Source of the DNA: Alphaproteobacteria bacterium
GTDB taxonomy: Bacteria > Pseudomonadota > Alphaproteobacteria > UBA828
Assembly: GCA_965243375.1 (NCBI GenBank)
Contig: CBDEUT010000004.1
Span: 234,276-298,275, forward strand
Reading direction: 5' to 3'
DNA: 64,000 bases
The number at the start of each line of letters is the position of its first letter. The first letter of the stretch is position 1. Made by a program: the position numbers and the translations under genes. A model generated the notes under the pieces. That model saw only the letters and a list, made by a program, of their open reading frames with translations, did not search any database and was not told the DNA's origin. Shown here one piece after another: positions 48,530 to 57,695 of the stretch.

Positions 48530-48991
48530 TTACGGCCGGGTCACGTTCCAGGTTGCGTCGATCTTCGTTCCGGCGCGGGCGAGGATGACCGTCACCGGGC
48601 AGCGCTTCTCGAGGTCTTCGCGGAGACGCGCGATCTCGGCGTCCGAGGCAGCCGTGGTGAGGTTCATGGTCAGCGCGATTTCGGGGAAGGGCACCGTCGC
48701 AGGCTTGGAATCACGGACTCCCGTCGTGTCGAAAGCGGCGTCGAGCGACATGGAAAGGTCGTCGATCTCGATTCCCATCTCGTCGGCGATGAGGTGCGAG
48801 ATGACATTGAGGCAGGCCAGGTAGGAGGAGAGCATGGTCTCCAGCGGCGTGGCGGCGCTGTCGCTCCCGCCGCGGATCTCAGGCTCGTCGATGACCACCG
48901 TGTGCTGGCGGGTGCGGGCCTCCAGACGGCAACGGCTGGTGGCGGCAGCCTCTACCTGAAAGCGATGGATGCGCGGTAGATCGAATGTCAC
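48530..48991 (-). CDS. OsmC family protein
   Basis: 153 aa. The GGSDSAATPLETMLSSYLACLN pattern and the C-terminal CPV motif are typical of the OsmC/Ohr fold. Confidence 0.8.
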   Translation of the reverse strand: MTFDLPRIHRFQVEAAATSRCRLEARTRQHTVVIDEPEIRGGSDSAATPLETMLSSYLACLNVISHLIADEMGIEIDDLSMSLDAAFDTTGVRDSKPATVPFPEIALTMNLTTAASDAEIARLREDLEKRCPVTVILARAGTKIDATWNVTRP

Positions 48992-49043
48992 GGAATCCTC
49001 CCGCCGGTTGCGGAGTGGTGACAGAAAGCCCGCCTGCCGTGGC

Positions 49044-50138
49044 TCAGGCAGCCAGCGGATACTCCTCGAAGTCGGATTGGCAGGGCTGCGTGTCGGTGAT
49101 GTGGAGCGTCCGCTGCTTCAGTGAGATAACGACCGAGTGGTTGGTCTGCAGGCGCAGTGTCTCCGGCTCGTGCTCGTCATAGTGCGCGCAGATCGAGTGC
49201 GGATGGGAGAAGTGATCCGCCATCGCCGCCCCGATGGTGGAGACGTCGAGCTCCTGCGACTGGCGCAGCAGCCGTTCCAGGCGCACGTTACGGTACATCG
49301 TGTTGGGCCAGAGCTTCACCACCTCCGACTCCACGTCCAGCTCGCAGAAGTGGTTGGAGTGGGTGAGCAGCCCGTCCTCGGGATAAATGAAGGCCTCCTT
49401 GTCCGGGCTGGTCTCGATGTCCATGGCGATGCCGTCTTCATGGGCGATGAGGAAGTTCATCGATACCGAGCGGCTGGTGCCGCAGATCGCCAGGATCGCC
49501 TCCTGCATGTTGCGGGCGTTCATGATGTCCCGCACCCGCATGCGATAGGGCTTCTCGTATTCGTTCTTGGTACCGTCTTCTGGCGTCAGCAGCGCGTTGA
49601 TGACCACGCCAATGCCGTGCTCGTTGACCCCCTGCAGACCGCCGATGGTGCCGGTTTCGCCGATGTGGATGAAGTCCGGTCCGTCCTCCCGGGTCACCCG
49701 CGAGACCACGGTGTTGATGTCCTTCACCCAGTCCCAATTCTGGCCGATCACGGTGTCGCCGGTCTTCGAGCGTTCGGGCAGCACGGCGAACGAGGTGCAG
49801 GCATCGAGCGCGGTGGGCTGGAACTGTGCCTGGGCATCGCTCTTCATCATGCCGACCAGCAGCTCGTAGCGCACGTTGAGCAACGTGATCTCCTCCAGGG
49901 TGCGGCCCGAGCCCTCGACCACACCGTCGATTTCCTCCCAGAAGATGGGGTCCTTGGGCCTCAGCGCCTCGGCCCATTTGGCCGATTCGGCCATCAGCGC
50001 GTCCTTCTCGAAGCCCAGAATCTGGAATCGCTTGAGATAGCGCTCGAGGTTCTCGTCGATCTCCCTCGACAGGATTTCGCCATGGGCACGGCCGCGATCC
50101 TTGGGATCGCCGGTCAAGTTGAGCACTGGCTTGGTCAT
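49044..50138 (-). CDS. C45-family peptidase (acyl-CoA:6-aminopenicillanic acid acyltransferase-like)
   Basis: ORF trimmed to MTKPVLNLTGDPKDRGRAHGE (ATG at 50138, GGAGG upstream). Candidate autoprocessing site DACTSF. GQNWDW motif. Confidence 0.75.
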   Translation of the reverse strand: MTKPVLNLTGDPKDRGRAHGEILSREIDENLERYLKRFQILGFEKDALMAESAKWAEALRPKDPIFWEEIDGVVEGSGRTLEEITLLNVRYELLVGMMKSDAQAQFQPTALDACTSFAVLPERSKTGDTVIGQNWDWVKDINTVVSRVTREDGPDFIHIGETGTIGGLQGVNEHGIGVVINALLTPEDGTKNEYEKPYRMRVRDIMNARNMQEAILAICGTSRSVSMNFLIAHEDGIAMDIETSPDKEAFIYPEDGLLTHSNHFCELDVESEVVKLWPNTMYRNVRLERLLRQSQELDVSTIGAAMADHFSHPHSICAHYDEHEPETLRLQTNHSVVISLKQRTLHITDTQPCQSDFEEYPLAA

Positions 50139-50432
50139 CGCTCGCCTCCTGCATGGTCTCGTCGCACGAGTTTTATGCTTGCTCTTGCCGCACGATCGGG
50201 CCGGTCGAATTCGTTGCCAGCGAAAATAGCGCGGCGGCTGGAGCAATAGAAGGCGGAAAGAACGCTGTGGCATCGGGGTGCTCCTGCTCGTGGCTGTTCG
50301 CTAACCACAGGGAGTACCCCTTTCCCGCCTGATGCATAATCCCGTGCGTCACCTCGGCACGATTGCGCCTTGACGGGTTAACGCGCGAACGGGCAAGCTT
50401 TTCGCAACGTTCGGGACGCCAGGGCAGCACCA

Positions 50433-51455
50433 ATGACCCTTCAGCAGGTTCCCGTTATCGACATCGCGCCGTTCCTCGGCGGAGACCGCGAAGGCAAAGC
50501 GCGGGTGGCAGCCGAGGTCAAGCAGGCATGCGAGGACATCGGCTTCTTCGTCATCACCGGTCATGGGGTCGACCCGTCGGTGACCCAGGCGACCCACGAT
50601 GTCAGCCGGCGCTTCTTCAATCTTCCGCTTGACGAGAAGATGACGATCGAGCGCTGGGCGGACGACGTCATCCGGGGTTACAGCCCGGCTCTGAAGGAGT
50701 GCCTGGCCGAAAGCCGCGGCGAGCGCGGACCGGGCGATCTCAAGGAATCGCTGACCGTTGGCCCGCCCTTTGTGCCGGACGAGACCTACTATCACTGCGC
50801 CGAGGCCGGTCAGCACTTCGTCGAGAACCGGTGGCCGACGCGTCCCGCCGAGCTCAAGGAGACATGGATCGCTTACTGGGAGGCCATGGAGCAGCTCGCG
50901 TTCACACTGATGCGTATCTTCGCCCTCGCGCTCGATCTCGACGAAGACTACTTCGAGAAAAGGATCGACAAGCACGTCAGCCAGTTCCGGGTGCTCAACT
51001 ACCCGGACCAGCCGGACCCGCCGCTGGACGACCAGTTCCGTGCCAGCGCGCACTCCGACTTCGGTGCCTGCACGATCTGTGCGATCGAGGACAGGCCCGG
51101 CGGTCTCCAGGCCATGAACCGAGACGGCGAGTGGGTGGACGTGCCGGTGGTGCCCAACGCGTTCAGCATCAATCTGGGCGACCAGATGCAGATGTGGACC
51201 AACGACATGTGGGTTTCCACCTTGCACCGGGTCGTCAATCCGCCGCGTGACAAGGCGAACGACAGCCGCCGGCAGTCGATGATCTTCTTCTTCTATACGA
51301 ACTACGACTGCATGATCGAATGCTTCCCGGCCTGTCAGAGCGAGGCCAATCCGGCCAAGTATCCGCCGGTCACCACGGGCAAGAACCTGCTCGACAAGTT
51401 CCTGATGATGACCGCCATCGGCGCCTCGGGCCAACGGGCGTCCGATCGGCCCTGA
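50433..51455 (+). CDS. isopenicillin N synthase-family 2OG/Fe(II) oxygenase
   Basis: 340 aa. VPVIDIAPF N-domain, facial triad in SAHSDFG ... STLHRV, and RQSMIFF. Confidence 0.8.
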   Translation: MTLQQVPVIDIAPFLGGDREGKARVAAEVKQACEDIGFFVITGHGVDPSVTQATHDVSRRFFNLPLDEKMTIERWADDVIRGYSPALKECLAESRGERGPGDLKESLTVGPPFVPDETYYHCAEAGQHFVENRWPTRPAELKETWIAYWEAMEQLAFTLMRIFALALDLDEDYFEKRIDKHVSQFRVLNYPDQPDPPLDDQFRASAHSDFGACTICAIEDRPGGLQAMNRDGEWVDVPVVPNAFSINLGDQMQMWTNDMWVSTLHRVVNPPRDKANDSRRQSMIFFFYTNYDCMIECFPACQSEANPAKYPPVTTGKNLLDKFLMMTAIGASGQRASDRP

Positions 51456-51529
51456 GGCGCCGAACCGCTTCGCCGACGTGTGGCATCCCTGGGTTGGTGA
51501 GCTCGGCCTGTTCTCAGCGCTCGAGGGCA

Positions 51530-51577
51530 GGGTGCCGGAAGGCCAATAGCAAACGGCCTAGCAGGGAGGCACCCTTT
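51530..51577 (+). terminator. nested stem-loop followed by TTT (possible intrinsic terminator of the oxygenase gene)
   Basis: GGGTGCC-ggaa-GGCC-aatagcaaac-GGCC-tagcaggga-GGCACCC, then TTTAG. Lies 75 nt after the stop at 51455. Confidence 0.3.
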
Positions 51578-51709
51578 AGCGTGCAGGATCTGCGCAAGCG
51601 GGTCCCGCGCGGGCGCTTGAGTCAGCCTCAAAAGTGCACGAGCGCGTAAGGCAAGGGGGCAGGGGCTGGCGATACCCTTCGCGATGCGGTGACAGAGGGA
51701 GGCGAAATC

Positions 51710-52606
51710 ATGGCCACGCAGAAAGACATTCAGGTTTGCTTCAATCCCCACTTCGATGCGGTATCGCTCTGGATCGGATCGTTCGGCGGCGCCGACTCGC
51801 CCTGCGATATCTCGCGCGGTGTCTTCGCAGCGCGCCAGGGGGTGCCGCGAATCGTGGAGATGTTCGCCCGCTACGGCATCAAGACGACCTGGGACATCAC
51901 CGGCCATTCGATCGAGAGCTTCCCCAAGGAGGCGGAGCTCGTCGTCAAGCACGGCCACGAGATCGGCGTTCACGGTTACACGCACGAGAATCCGCTCGCC
52001 ATGTCGCGCGAGCAGGAGGCCGATGTGCTCGACAAGTGCGTCGAGCTGGTGACGGACCTCTGCGGCGTGCGCCCGGTCGGCTACGTCGCGCCGTGGTGGG
52101 AGCTGAGCCCCAACACCATCGACCTGCTGATAGAGCGGGGCTTCAAGTACGACAGCAGCCTCATGGAGGACGACTACACGCCCTACTACCTGCGCAAGGG
52201 CGACCGCTGGACCAAGATCGATTACAGCCAGGACGCGAAGGAGTGGATGAAGCCGTGGGTGGCCGGGGAGCCGGTCGACCTGGTCGAGCTGCCGGCGAGC
52301 TGGTACCTCGACGACGCGCCGCCGATGATGTTCGTCAAGACGTTCCCCAACAGCCACGGCTGGGTGAACCCACGGGACATCGAGGAAATCTGGCGCGACC
52401 AGTTCGACTGGATTTATCGCCACTACGACCACGCGGTCTACTGCTGCGTGATCCATCCCGACTGTGCCGGCAAGCCGCAAGTCCTGATGATGGTCGAGCG
52501 GCTTATCGATCACATTCTCGCCCATACGGGCGTGCGCATGGTCACCAAGGGCGAGATGGCGGAGGACTTCAAGCGGCGTCGGCCCTTCAACGGCACGTCT
52601 GCATAA
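51710..52606 (+). CDS. polysaccharide deacetylase family protein (PuuE/allantoinase-like)
   Basis: Start at the ATG at 51710 (GAGGGAGG upstream). KTTWDITGHSIE, HGYTHE, and WWELSPNT are motifs of the NodB-fold PuuE group. Confidence 0.75.
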   Translation: MATQKDIQVCFNPHFDAVSLWIGSFGGADSPCDISRGVFAARQGVPRIVEMFARYGIKTTWDITGHSIESFPKEAELVVKHGHEIGVHGYTHENPLAMSREQEADVLDKCVELVTDLCGVRPVGYVAPWWELSPNTIDLLIERGFKYDSSLMEDDYTPYYLRKGDRWTKIDYSQDAKEWMKPWVAGEPVDLVELPASWYLDDAPPMMFVKTFPNSHGWVNPRDIEEIWRDQFDWIYRHYDHAVYCCVIHPDCAGKPQVLMMVERLIDHILAHTGVRMVTKGEMAEDFKRRRPFNGTSA

Positions 52607-52651
52607 GGGTCCGCCACGGAACGGACGGAGCGCGCGAACCGTAGCGCCGCT

Positions 52652-53752
52652 CTAACCATCCACGGCCTCCCGCATCCATTTCTGGAGAGTCCGGATGGAG
52701 TGCTCGGAGTTGAGCCCGCCGGCCGGATCGACCACCAAGGGGCCGGGCCGGTAGCCGCGGCTCTTCAGCCCCTTCGCCACGCTTTCCACCAGCCGGACAT
52801 CCTCCGCGACCGTGGTCTGCCTGTCTTGCGCGGCAAGCTCCCGGATCGCCGCGCTCTCGGCACCGCCCGGCGTGTACCAGCCGCGCCAGACGGTGCAGCT
52901 GTCCACGTCGTGGGCGCGCCAGTGGTAGGTGTTCAACACGTTGCCGGGATAGACCTGGAACGAGAACATCGGCCAGAGGAAGAACGAGCGGTACTCGCCG
53001 GCGTGCGGGACCGACAAGTCGATCGGGTAGCTCATCCGATCCAGGTCCTGGCACTCGGTCATGTGGCGCAGCACGTAGCCGTCCGTCGCAGGCTGGATGT
53101 CGTAGGTCTCGGGCCGAATTACGCCGGTCGCGAAGGTCGGATGGCGCAGCACGCAGTGGTAGCACTCGGAGTAGTTCTCGACCGAAACCTTCCAGTTGCA
53201 CGCCTCCGGGACCTCGATCCATTCCAGCGGTGCCAGCGACTCGATGCCGGGCACGTACTGCTCGAGTTCCTCCCGCACGCCGGGGTACCACGTGTCCATC
53301 GGCGCGGCGTCGTCATCGAGGTTGACGAAGACGAAGCCGTGCAGGCTCTCGCTCCTAACCGCCGTCAGGCGGATCGACGCGCCGTCGAAGCCGGGAACCG
53401 ACGTCACGTTCGGCCCGCTGCGGAACGCGCCGGTCAGCTCGTAGGACCAGGCGTGGTAGGGGCAGACGATCGCGCGGGTCGTGCCGGCGCCTTCCAACAG
53501 CCGATGTGCGCGGTGCTGGCACACGTTGTAGAAGGCGCGCAGGGTGCCGTCGTGCCCGCGGATGCAGAACAGGCTCTCGCCCGCAATCTCGAACGTGAAG
53601 TAATCGCCGGGATTTCGCGCCTGGCTCTCGTGCCCGGCGAACTGCCAGGTGCGGGAGAGCAGGCCCAGACGCTCCTTCTCGAAGACGGCCGGATCGGTGT
53701 AATAGCTTGCGGCAAGCGAACGGACGGGCACTGGCGGGTCTTGACCGGTCAT
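52652..53752 (-). CDS. Rieske [2Fe-2S] aromatic-ring-hydroxylating oxygenase alpha subunit (GbcA/CntA-like)
   Basis: 366 aa. Rieske motif CQHRAHRL...CPYHAW. Catalytic-domain NYSECYHC...H. No reductase gene adjacent. Confidence 0.8.
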   Translation of the reverse strand: MTGQDPPVPVRSLAASYYTDPAVFEKERLGLLSRTWQFAGHESQARNPGDYFTFEIAGESLFCIRGHDGTLRAFYNVCQHRAHRLLEGAGTTRAIVCPYHAWSYELTGAFRSGPNVTSVPGFDGASIRLTAVRSESLHGFVFVNLDDDAAPMDTWYPGVREELEQYVPGIESLAPLEWIEVPEACNWKVSVENYSECYHCVLRHPTFATGVIRPETYDIQPATDGYVLRHMTECQDLDRMSYPIDLSVPHAGEYRSFFLWPMFSFQVYPGNVLNTYHWRAHDVDSCTVWRGWYTPGGAESAAIRELAAQDRQTTVAEDVRLVESVAKGLKSRGYRPGPLVVDPAGGLNSEHSIRTLQKWMREAVDG

Positions 53753-53932
53753 CCCCGGCGATCCTTGTCACGAAGGGTTAAGCGGCGCACGCGGTGCCGG
53801 CTACGATAGGCGAAACGGTCATTCATCGCCCAGCAGAATGTCCATGCGAGGCAGTCGGTTGAGGGGAGCTCACTCGATGGTTCCATCTGAGGCGCGGGTC
53901 GAAGGCGGCGCCGGCACCATCGCGGTCGCGCC

Positions 53933-54412
53933 ATGACGGCGACCCGCATCCGGCACGTGGCACTCGCGGTTGCGCTGGGGGCACTACTCGCGGTCGCGGG
54001 GCTCGCCTCGGCCGGCAAGGCGGAGAGCGGCACCCTCGAACGGCTGACCATCGAAACCGCCGCGGGCGAGCACGTCGTCATGGTCGAGGTCGCGCGCACG
54101 TCGGAAGAGCGCAGCATCGGCCTCATGCACCGCACCGCGCTCGCGCCGAACCGCGGCATGCTCTTCGACTTCGGAGCCACGCGGCCGGTCACGATGTGGA
54201 TGAAGAACACGTTGATTCCGCTGGACATGTTCTTCGTCGAAAGCGACGGGCGCATCGTCGCCATCGCCGAGCGAACCACGCCGCTCTCCGAGAGGCGGAT
54301 CGGCTCGGGCCGGCCGGTCCGCTTCGTGTTGGAGATGATCGGCGGCAGCGCCGAGCGCCTCGGCACACTGCCCGGCGATCGGCTCCGCCACGCGCTGATC
54401 GAGCAGCCGTGA
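53933..54412 (+). CDS. DUF192 domain-containing protein (secreted)
   Basis: 159 aa with a signal-peptide-like N-terminus. GLMHRTALAPNRGMLFDF...MWMKNTLIPLDMFF is the DUF192 pattern. Confidence 0.8.
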   Translation: MTATRIRHVALAVALGALLAVAGLASAGKAESGTLERLTIETAAGEHVVMVEVARTSEERSIGLMHRTALAPNRGMLFDFGATRPVTMWMKNTLIPLDMFFVESDGRIVAIAERTTPLSERRIGSGRPVRFVLEMIGGSAERLGTLPGDRLRHALIEQP

Positions 54413-54747
54413 GCGCGGCCAGCCTCAAAACCGAGGTGCTGGTGCAGGCGGGCTTTCGTTATTGCCAGCAAGCGCTGCTGTTCGCTGCGCTCCGGCGGCG
54501 CGGCGATGCCGACGCGGGCGCGCTCCTGGTCAAGGTCAGCCGACTCGACGGCACGGCAGCGGTCTTCGCCCGGATGCCGTCGCTCGACGGCGACCTCGCC
54601 TGGCGCCGCGCCACCGGCGAAGGCTGGATTCCGGAGGAGGAGGCCGAGGCGCGGCTCGCGCGGGAGATCGACTTCGATCCCGACGTCTGGATCGTCGAGG
54701 TCGAGGACCCCGAAGGCCGCAACCCCTTCGCGACGCTGACCGGCTGA
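54409..54747 (+). CDS. DUF1491 family protein
   Basis: GTG at 54409 overlaps the DUF192 stop (GTGA). LKTEVLVQAGFRYCQQALLFAALRRRGDADAGALLVKV resembles DUF1491 N-termini. Confidence 0.65.
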   Translation: MSAASLKTEVLVQAGFRYCQQALLFAALRRRGDADAGALLVKVSRLDGTAAVFARMPSLDGDLAWRRATGEGWIPEEEAEARLAREIDFDPDVWIVEVEDPEGRNPFATLTG

Positions 54748-54819
54748 ACCGCTCGCCCGCATCGCCCGCCACGTTCGCGGCCCGGTCCGCGCCCCACCGC
54801 GGCACACCGGCTTCCATGC

Positions 54820-54941
54820 GGGATACGCCGGGATTAACCGGGATAAGTGGGATTCGCCGGGATAAGTGGGATTCGCCGGGATATGCGGGATTGAGTGGGA
54901 TGAACCGGGATAGAGCGGGATGAAGCAGGACCAATCGGGAT
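54820..54941 (-). repeat. phased GGGAT (=ATCCC) core array, 12 perfect cores plus 1 degenerate, inverted relative to the 39.6-kb array
   Basis: GGGAT starts at 54820, 54830, 54840, 54849, 54859, 54868, 54878, 54887, 54897, 54907, 54917 and 54937, with a degenerate core at 54927. Includes GGGATAAGTGGGATTCGCC twice, the reverse complement of a unit variant of the other array. Confidence 0.9.
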
Positions 54942-55053
54942 TCCTCCGGGACGAGCGGTGGCGATGACTTCGGGCGTGGGCGCTTCGCTCCTGCACTGCA
55001 TGACGCGATACTGACGCTTGCGCCGCGCCCCCTCCACCGCACCATGGTGCGGG

Positions 55054-57141
55054 TTATCCCGAGCGCAGGTAGCGCACCGCCATGTCGCGCTCGAAGAGAT
55101 AAAGCAGCGTGCGCAGCGCCTGGCCGCGCTCCGATTCGAGCTCGGGGTCGCGCTCCAGCACGAGGCGTACGTCGTCGCGCGCGACCGCCAGCAGTTCCTC
55201 GTGCACGGCGAGGTCGGCGAGGTGGAAGGCGGGCATGCCGCTCTGGCGCGTGCCCAGCAGCTCGCCGGCGCCCCTGAGACGCAGGTCCTCCTCGGCGATA
55301 CGGAAGCCGTCGTCGGTCTCGCGCAGAATGGCGATCCGCGAGCGCGCGGTCTCGCCGAGCGGCGCCGTATAGAGCAGCAGGCAGGTCCCCGGCTTCGCCC
55401 CGCGCCCCACACGGCCGCGCAGCTGGTGAAGCTGAGCGAGGCCGAAGCGTTCCGCGTGCTCGACGATCATGATGGTGGCGGAGGGCACGTCGACCCCCAC
55501 CTCGACCACCGTCGTCGCCACCAGGATGTCGGCGCCGTCGCCCGCGAAGGCGGCCATGGCGGCGTCCTTCTCCGGCCCCTTCATGCGGCCGTGGATCAAC
55601 GCGACGCGGGCGCCGAATGCTTCCGCCAGCTTCGCGTGCCGGTCGGTCGCGGCGGCGAGGTCCACCGCCTCCGACTCCTCCACCAGCGGGCAGACCCAGT
55701 AGACCTTGGCGCCGGTGGCGAGCGCCCGGCGCACAGCGGCGACGACCTCCTCCAGGCGCTCCAGCGGCATGGCGCGGGTCGCGACGGCGGCGCGGCCCGG
55801 CAGCCGCCCCTCGATGCGCGAAACATCCATGTCGCCGTAGGCGGTGAGCACGAGCGAGCGCGGGATCGGGGTCGCGGTCATCACCAGCAGGTCCGCCGCC
55901 GGCCCCTTGCGCGCGAGCAGCATGCGCTGGTGCACCCCGAAGCGGTGCTGCTCGTCGACCACGGCGAGCGCGAGGTCCTTGAAGTCCACGCCCTTTTGGA
56001 ACAGTGCGTGGGTGCCGACCAGGATATCGATCTCGCCGGCGGCCAGTGCCGCCAGAGTCCGCTCGCGGGCGCGGCCCTTCTCCCGCCCCGTGAGCAGGGC
56101 GAGGGAGACGCCGCTCTCCGCCAGCAGCGTGCCCAGGGTTTCCGCGTGCTGGTTCGCCAGCAGCTCGGTCGGCACCATCAGGGCGGCCTGCGCGCCGGTC
56201 TCGACCGCGACCAGCATGGCGAGCAGCGCCACCACCGTCTTGCCGCTGCCGACATCGCCCTGGAGGAGGCGGAGCATGCGGCGCTCCTTCGCGAGGTCCT
56301 CGGCGATTTCGCCAGCGGCGGCGCGCTGGCTCTCGGTCAGGCGGAAGGGAAGCCTGGCTTCCAACGCGCGGCGGAGCCGACCGTCGCCCTCGATGGAACG
56401 GCCACGCCCGCCTCTGGCCGAGCGGCGGACCAGCGCCAGCGCCATCTGGTTCGCCAGCAGCTCGTCGTAGGCAAGGCGGGAGCGCTCCGGGGTGTCCGCC
56501 TCCAGGTCGGCTGCGCTCTGGGGCGCATGTGCGGCCGCGAGCGCCTGGTTCCAGGGCGGCCAGCGGCGCGCCTCCACCAGGCGGGGCTCGATCCATTCGT
56601 GAAGCACCGGCGCCCGTGTCAGCGCGGCGCGCACCGCGCGGGTCATCGGCTTCAGCGTGACGCCCGCCGTCAGCGGATAGATGGGCTCGACCGTCTGCAC
56701 GCTCTCGCGCTGATCCAGCGGCGCGATGTGGTCGGGATGCGCCATCTGGATCTCGCTGCCGTAGTGCTCGACGCGCCCGCTCACCACGCGCACCGATCCC
56801 TCGGGCAGGCGTTGCCGCAGCCAGTCGCCCTTCGCGTGGAAGAAGACGAGCGTGAGACTCCCCGTCTCGTCCGAGCAATAGACCTTGGCCGGGCGCCGCC
56901 GGTCGGGTGCGGGCTGGTGGCGGTCGACCCGCACCGTGAGCGTCGCCGTGGTGCCGGCCGCGGCCTCCGCGACCTTCGGCGCATGGCGCCGGTCGATCAG
57001 CCCGGAGGGCAGGTGCCAGAGCAGATGCACCACCAGCGGCCCGGCCAGGCGCTCGTAGGCCGAAGCGGTGCGGGCGCCGACCCCCGGCAGCACCGTCGCC
57101 GGCGCGAACAGCGGATTGAGGATTGCCGGGCGCATGGTCAT
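55054..57141 (-). CDS. recG: ATP-dependent DNA helicase RecG
   Basis: 695 aa. Helicase motifs GDVGSGKTVVALLAM and VVDEQHRFGV, with a wedge-domain N-terminus. Confidence 0.95.
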   Translation of the reverse strand: MTMRPAILNPLFAPATVLPGVGARTASAYERLAGPLVVHLLWHLPSGLIDRRHAPKVAEAAAGTTATLTVRVDRHQPAPDRRRPAKVYCSDETGSLTLVFFHAKGDWLRQRLPEGSVRVVSGRVEHYGSEIQMAHPDHIAPLDQRESVQTVEPIYPLTAGVTLKPMTRAVRAALTRAPVLHEWIEPRLVEARRWPPWNQALAAAHAPQSAADLEADTPERSRLAYDELLANQMALALVRRSARGGRGRSIEGDGRLRRALEARLPFRLTESQRAAAGEIAEDLAKERRMLRLLQGDVGSGKTVVALLAMLVAVETGAQAALMVPTELLANQHAETLGTLLAESGVSLALLTGREKGRARERTLAALAAGEIDILVGTHALFQKGVDFKDLALAVVDEQHRFGVHQRMLLARKGPAADLLVMTATPIPRSLVLTAYGDMDVSRIEGRLPGRAAVATRAMPLERLEEVVAAVRRALATGAKVYWVCPLVEESEAVDLAAATDRHAKLAEAFGARVALIHGRMKGPEKDAAMAAFAGDGADILVATTVVEVGVDVPSATIMIVEHAERFGLAQLHQLRGRVGRGAKPGTCLLLYTAPLGETARSRIAILRETDDGFRIAEEDLRLRGAGELLGTRQSGMPAFHLADLAVHEELLAVARDDVRLVLERDPELESERGQALRTLLYLFERDMAVRYLRSG

Positions 57142-57220
57142 CGCACCCTATCCGGGCGGTATGCGAGCGCCAACCGGGCGGCTAAGGTGCACCGATTGTT
57201 TCAAGCGGCGGAGGCATCCC

Positions 57221-57658
57221 ATGACGGGCGCAGACACTCACGAGGCGACGTGCGGATGCGGCGCGCTCCGCGTGACGACGATCGGCGTACCCGACCTCGT
57301 CGTCGCCTGCAGCTGCATGGCCTGCCAGCGCAGGACCGGCAGCCCCTTCGGCGTCGGCGCGTACTTCCGCAAGGAGACGGTCTCGTCGGAGGGCGAGGCG
57401 GGAGTCTACACCCGGGTGGCGGACTCGGGCCTGACGGTCTCGATCAACTTCTGCCCCTCGTGCGGCACGAGCGTCTACTGGTTCGCCGAGCTTCGCCCCG
57501 ATCACTTTGGCGTCGCGGTGGGCTGCTTCGGCGAGCCGGATTTCGTTGAGCCCACCCGCGTGGTCTGGAACGAGAGCAAGCATCCCTGGGTCGAATTCCC
57601 GGACGGCGTGCCCGCGTTCGACAAGGGCTCGCCGCCGCCTGCGGCCCAGTCCTCCTAG
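57221..57658 (+). CDS. GFA (CENP-V/glutathione-dependent formaldehyde-activating) family protein
   Basis: ATG at 57221 with GGAGG upstream. Cys clusters CGCG...CSCMACQ...CPSCG are typical of the GFA zinc sites. Confidence 0.75.
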   Translation: MTGADTHEATCGCGALRVTTIGVPDLVVACSCMACQRRTGSPFGVGAYFRKETVSSEGEAGVYTRVADSGLTVSINFCPSCGTSVYWFAELRPDHFGVAVGCFGEPDFVEPTRVVWNESKHPWVEFPDGVPAFDKGSPPPAAQSS

Positions 57659-57695
57659 GAAGGAAAGGGGGCGATGGACCCGATCCTGCCCCGAG

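Noticed and set aside
49044-51455. Beta-lactam (penicillin-type) biosynthesis, suggested by adjacent IAT-like C45 and IPNS-family genes
   Set aside because: No ACV-synthetase/NRPS, epimerase or expandase is in the window. Both families are large, and most of their bacterial members have unrelated functions.
51578-51709. Possible riboswitch or leader in the 254-nt spacer before the deacetylase gene (CAAGCG-GGTCCCGCGCGGG-CGCTTG dyad)
   Set aside because: I cannot match it to any known riboswitch consensus by eye, and GC-rich dyads are abundant in this genome. It is kept only as a remark within the cluster finding.
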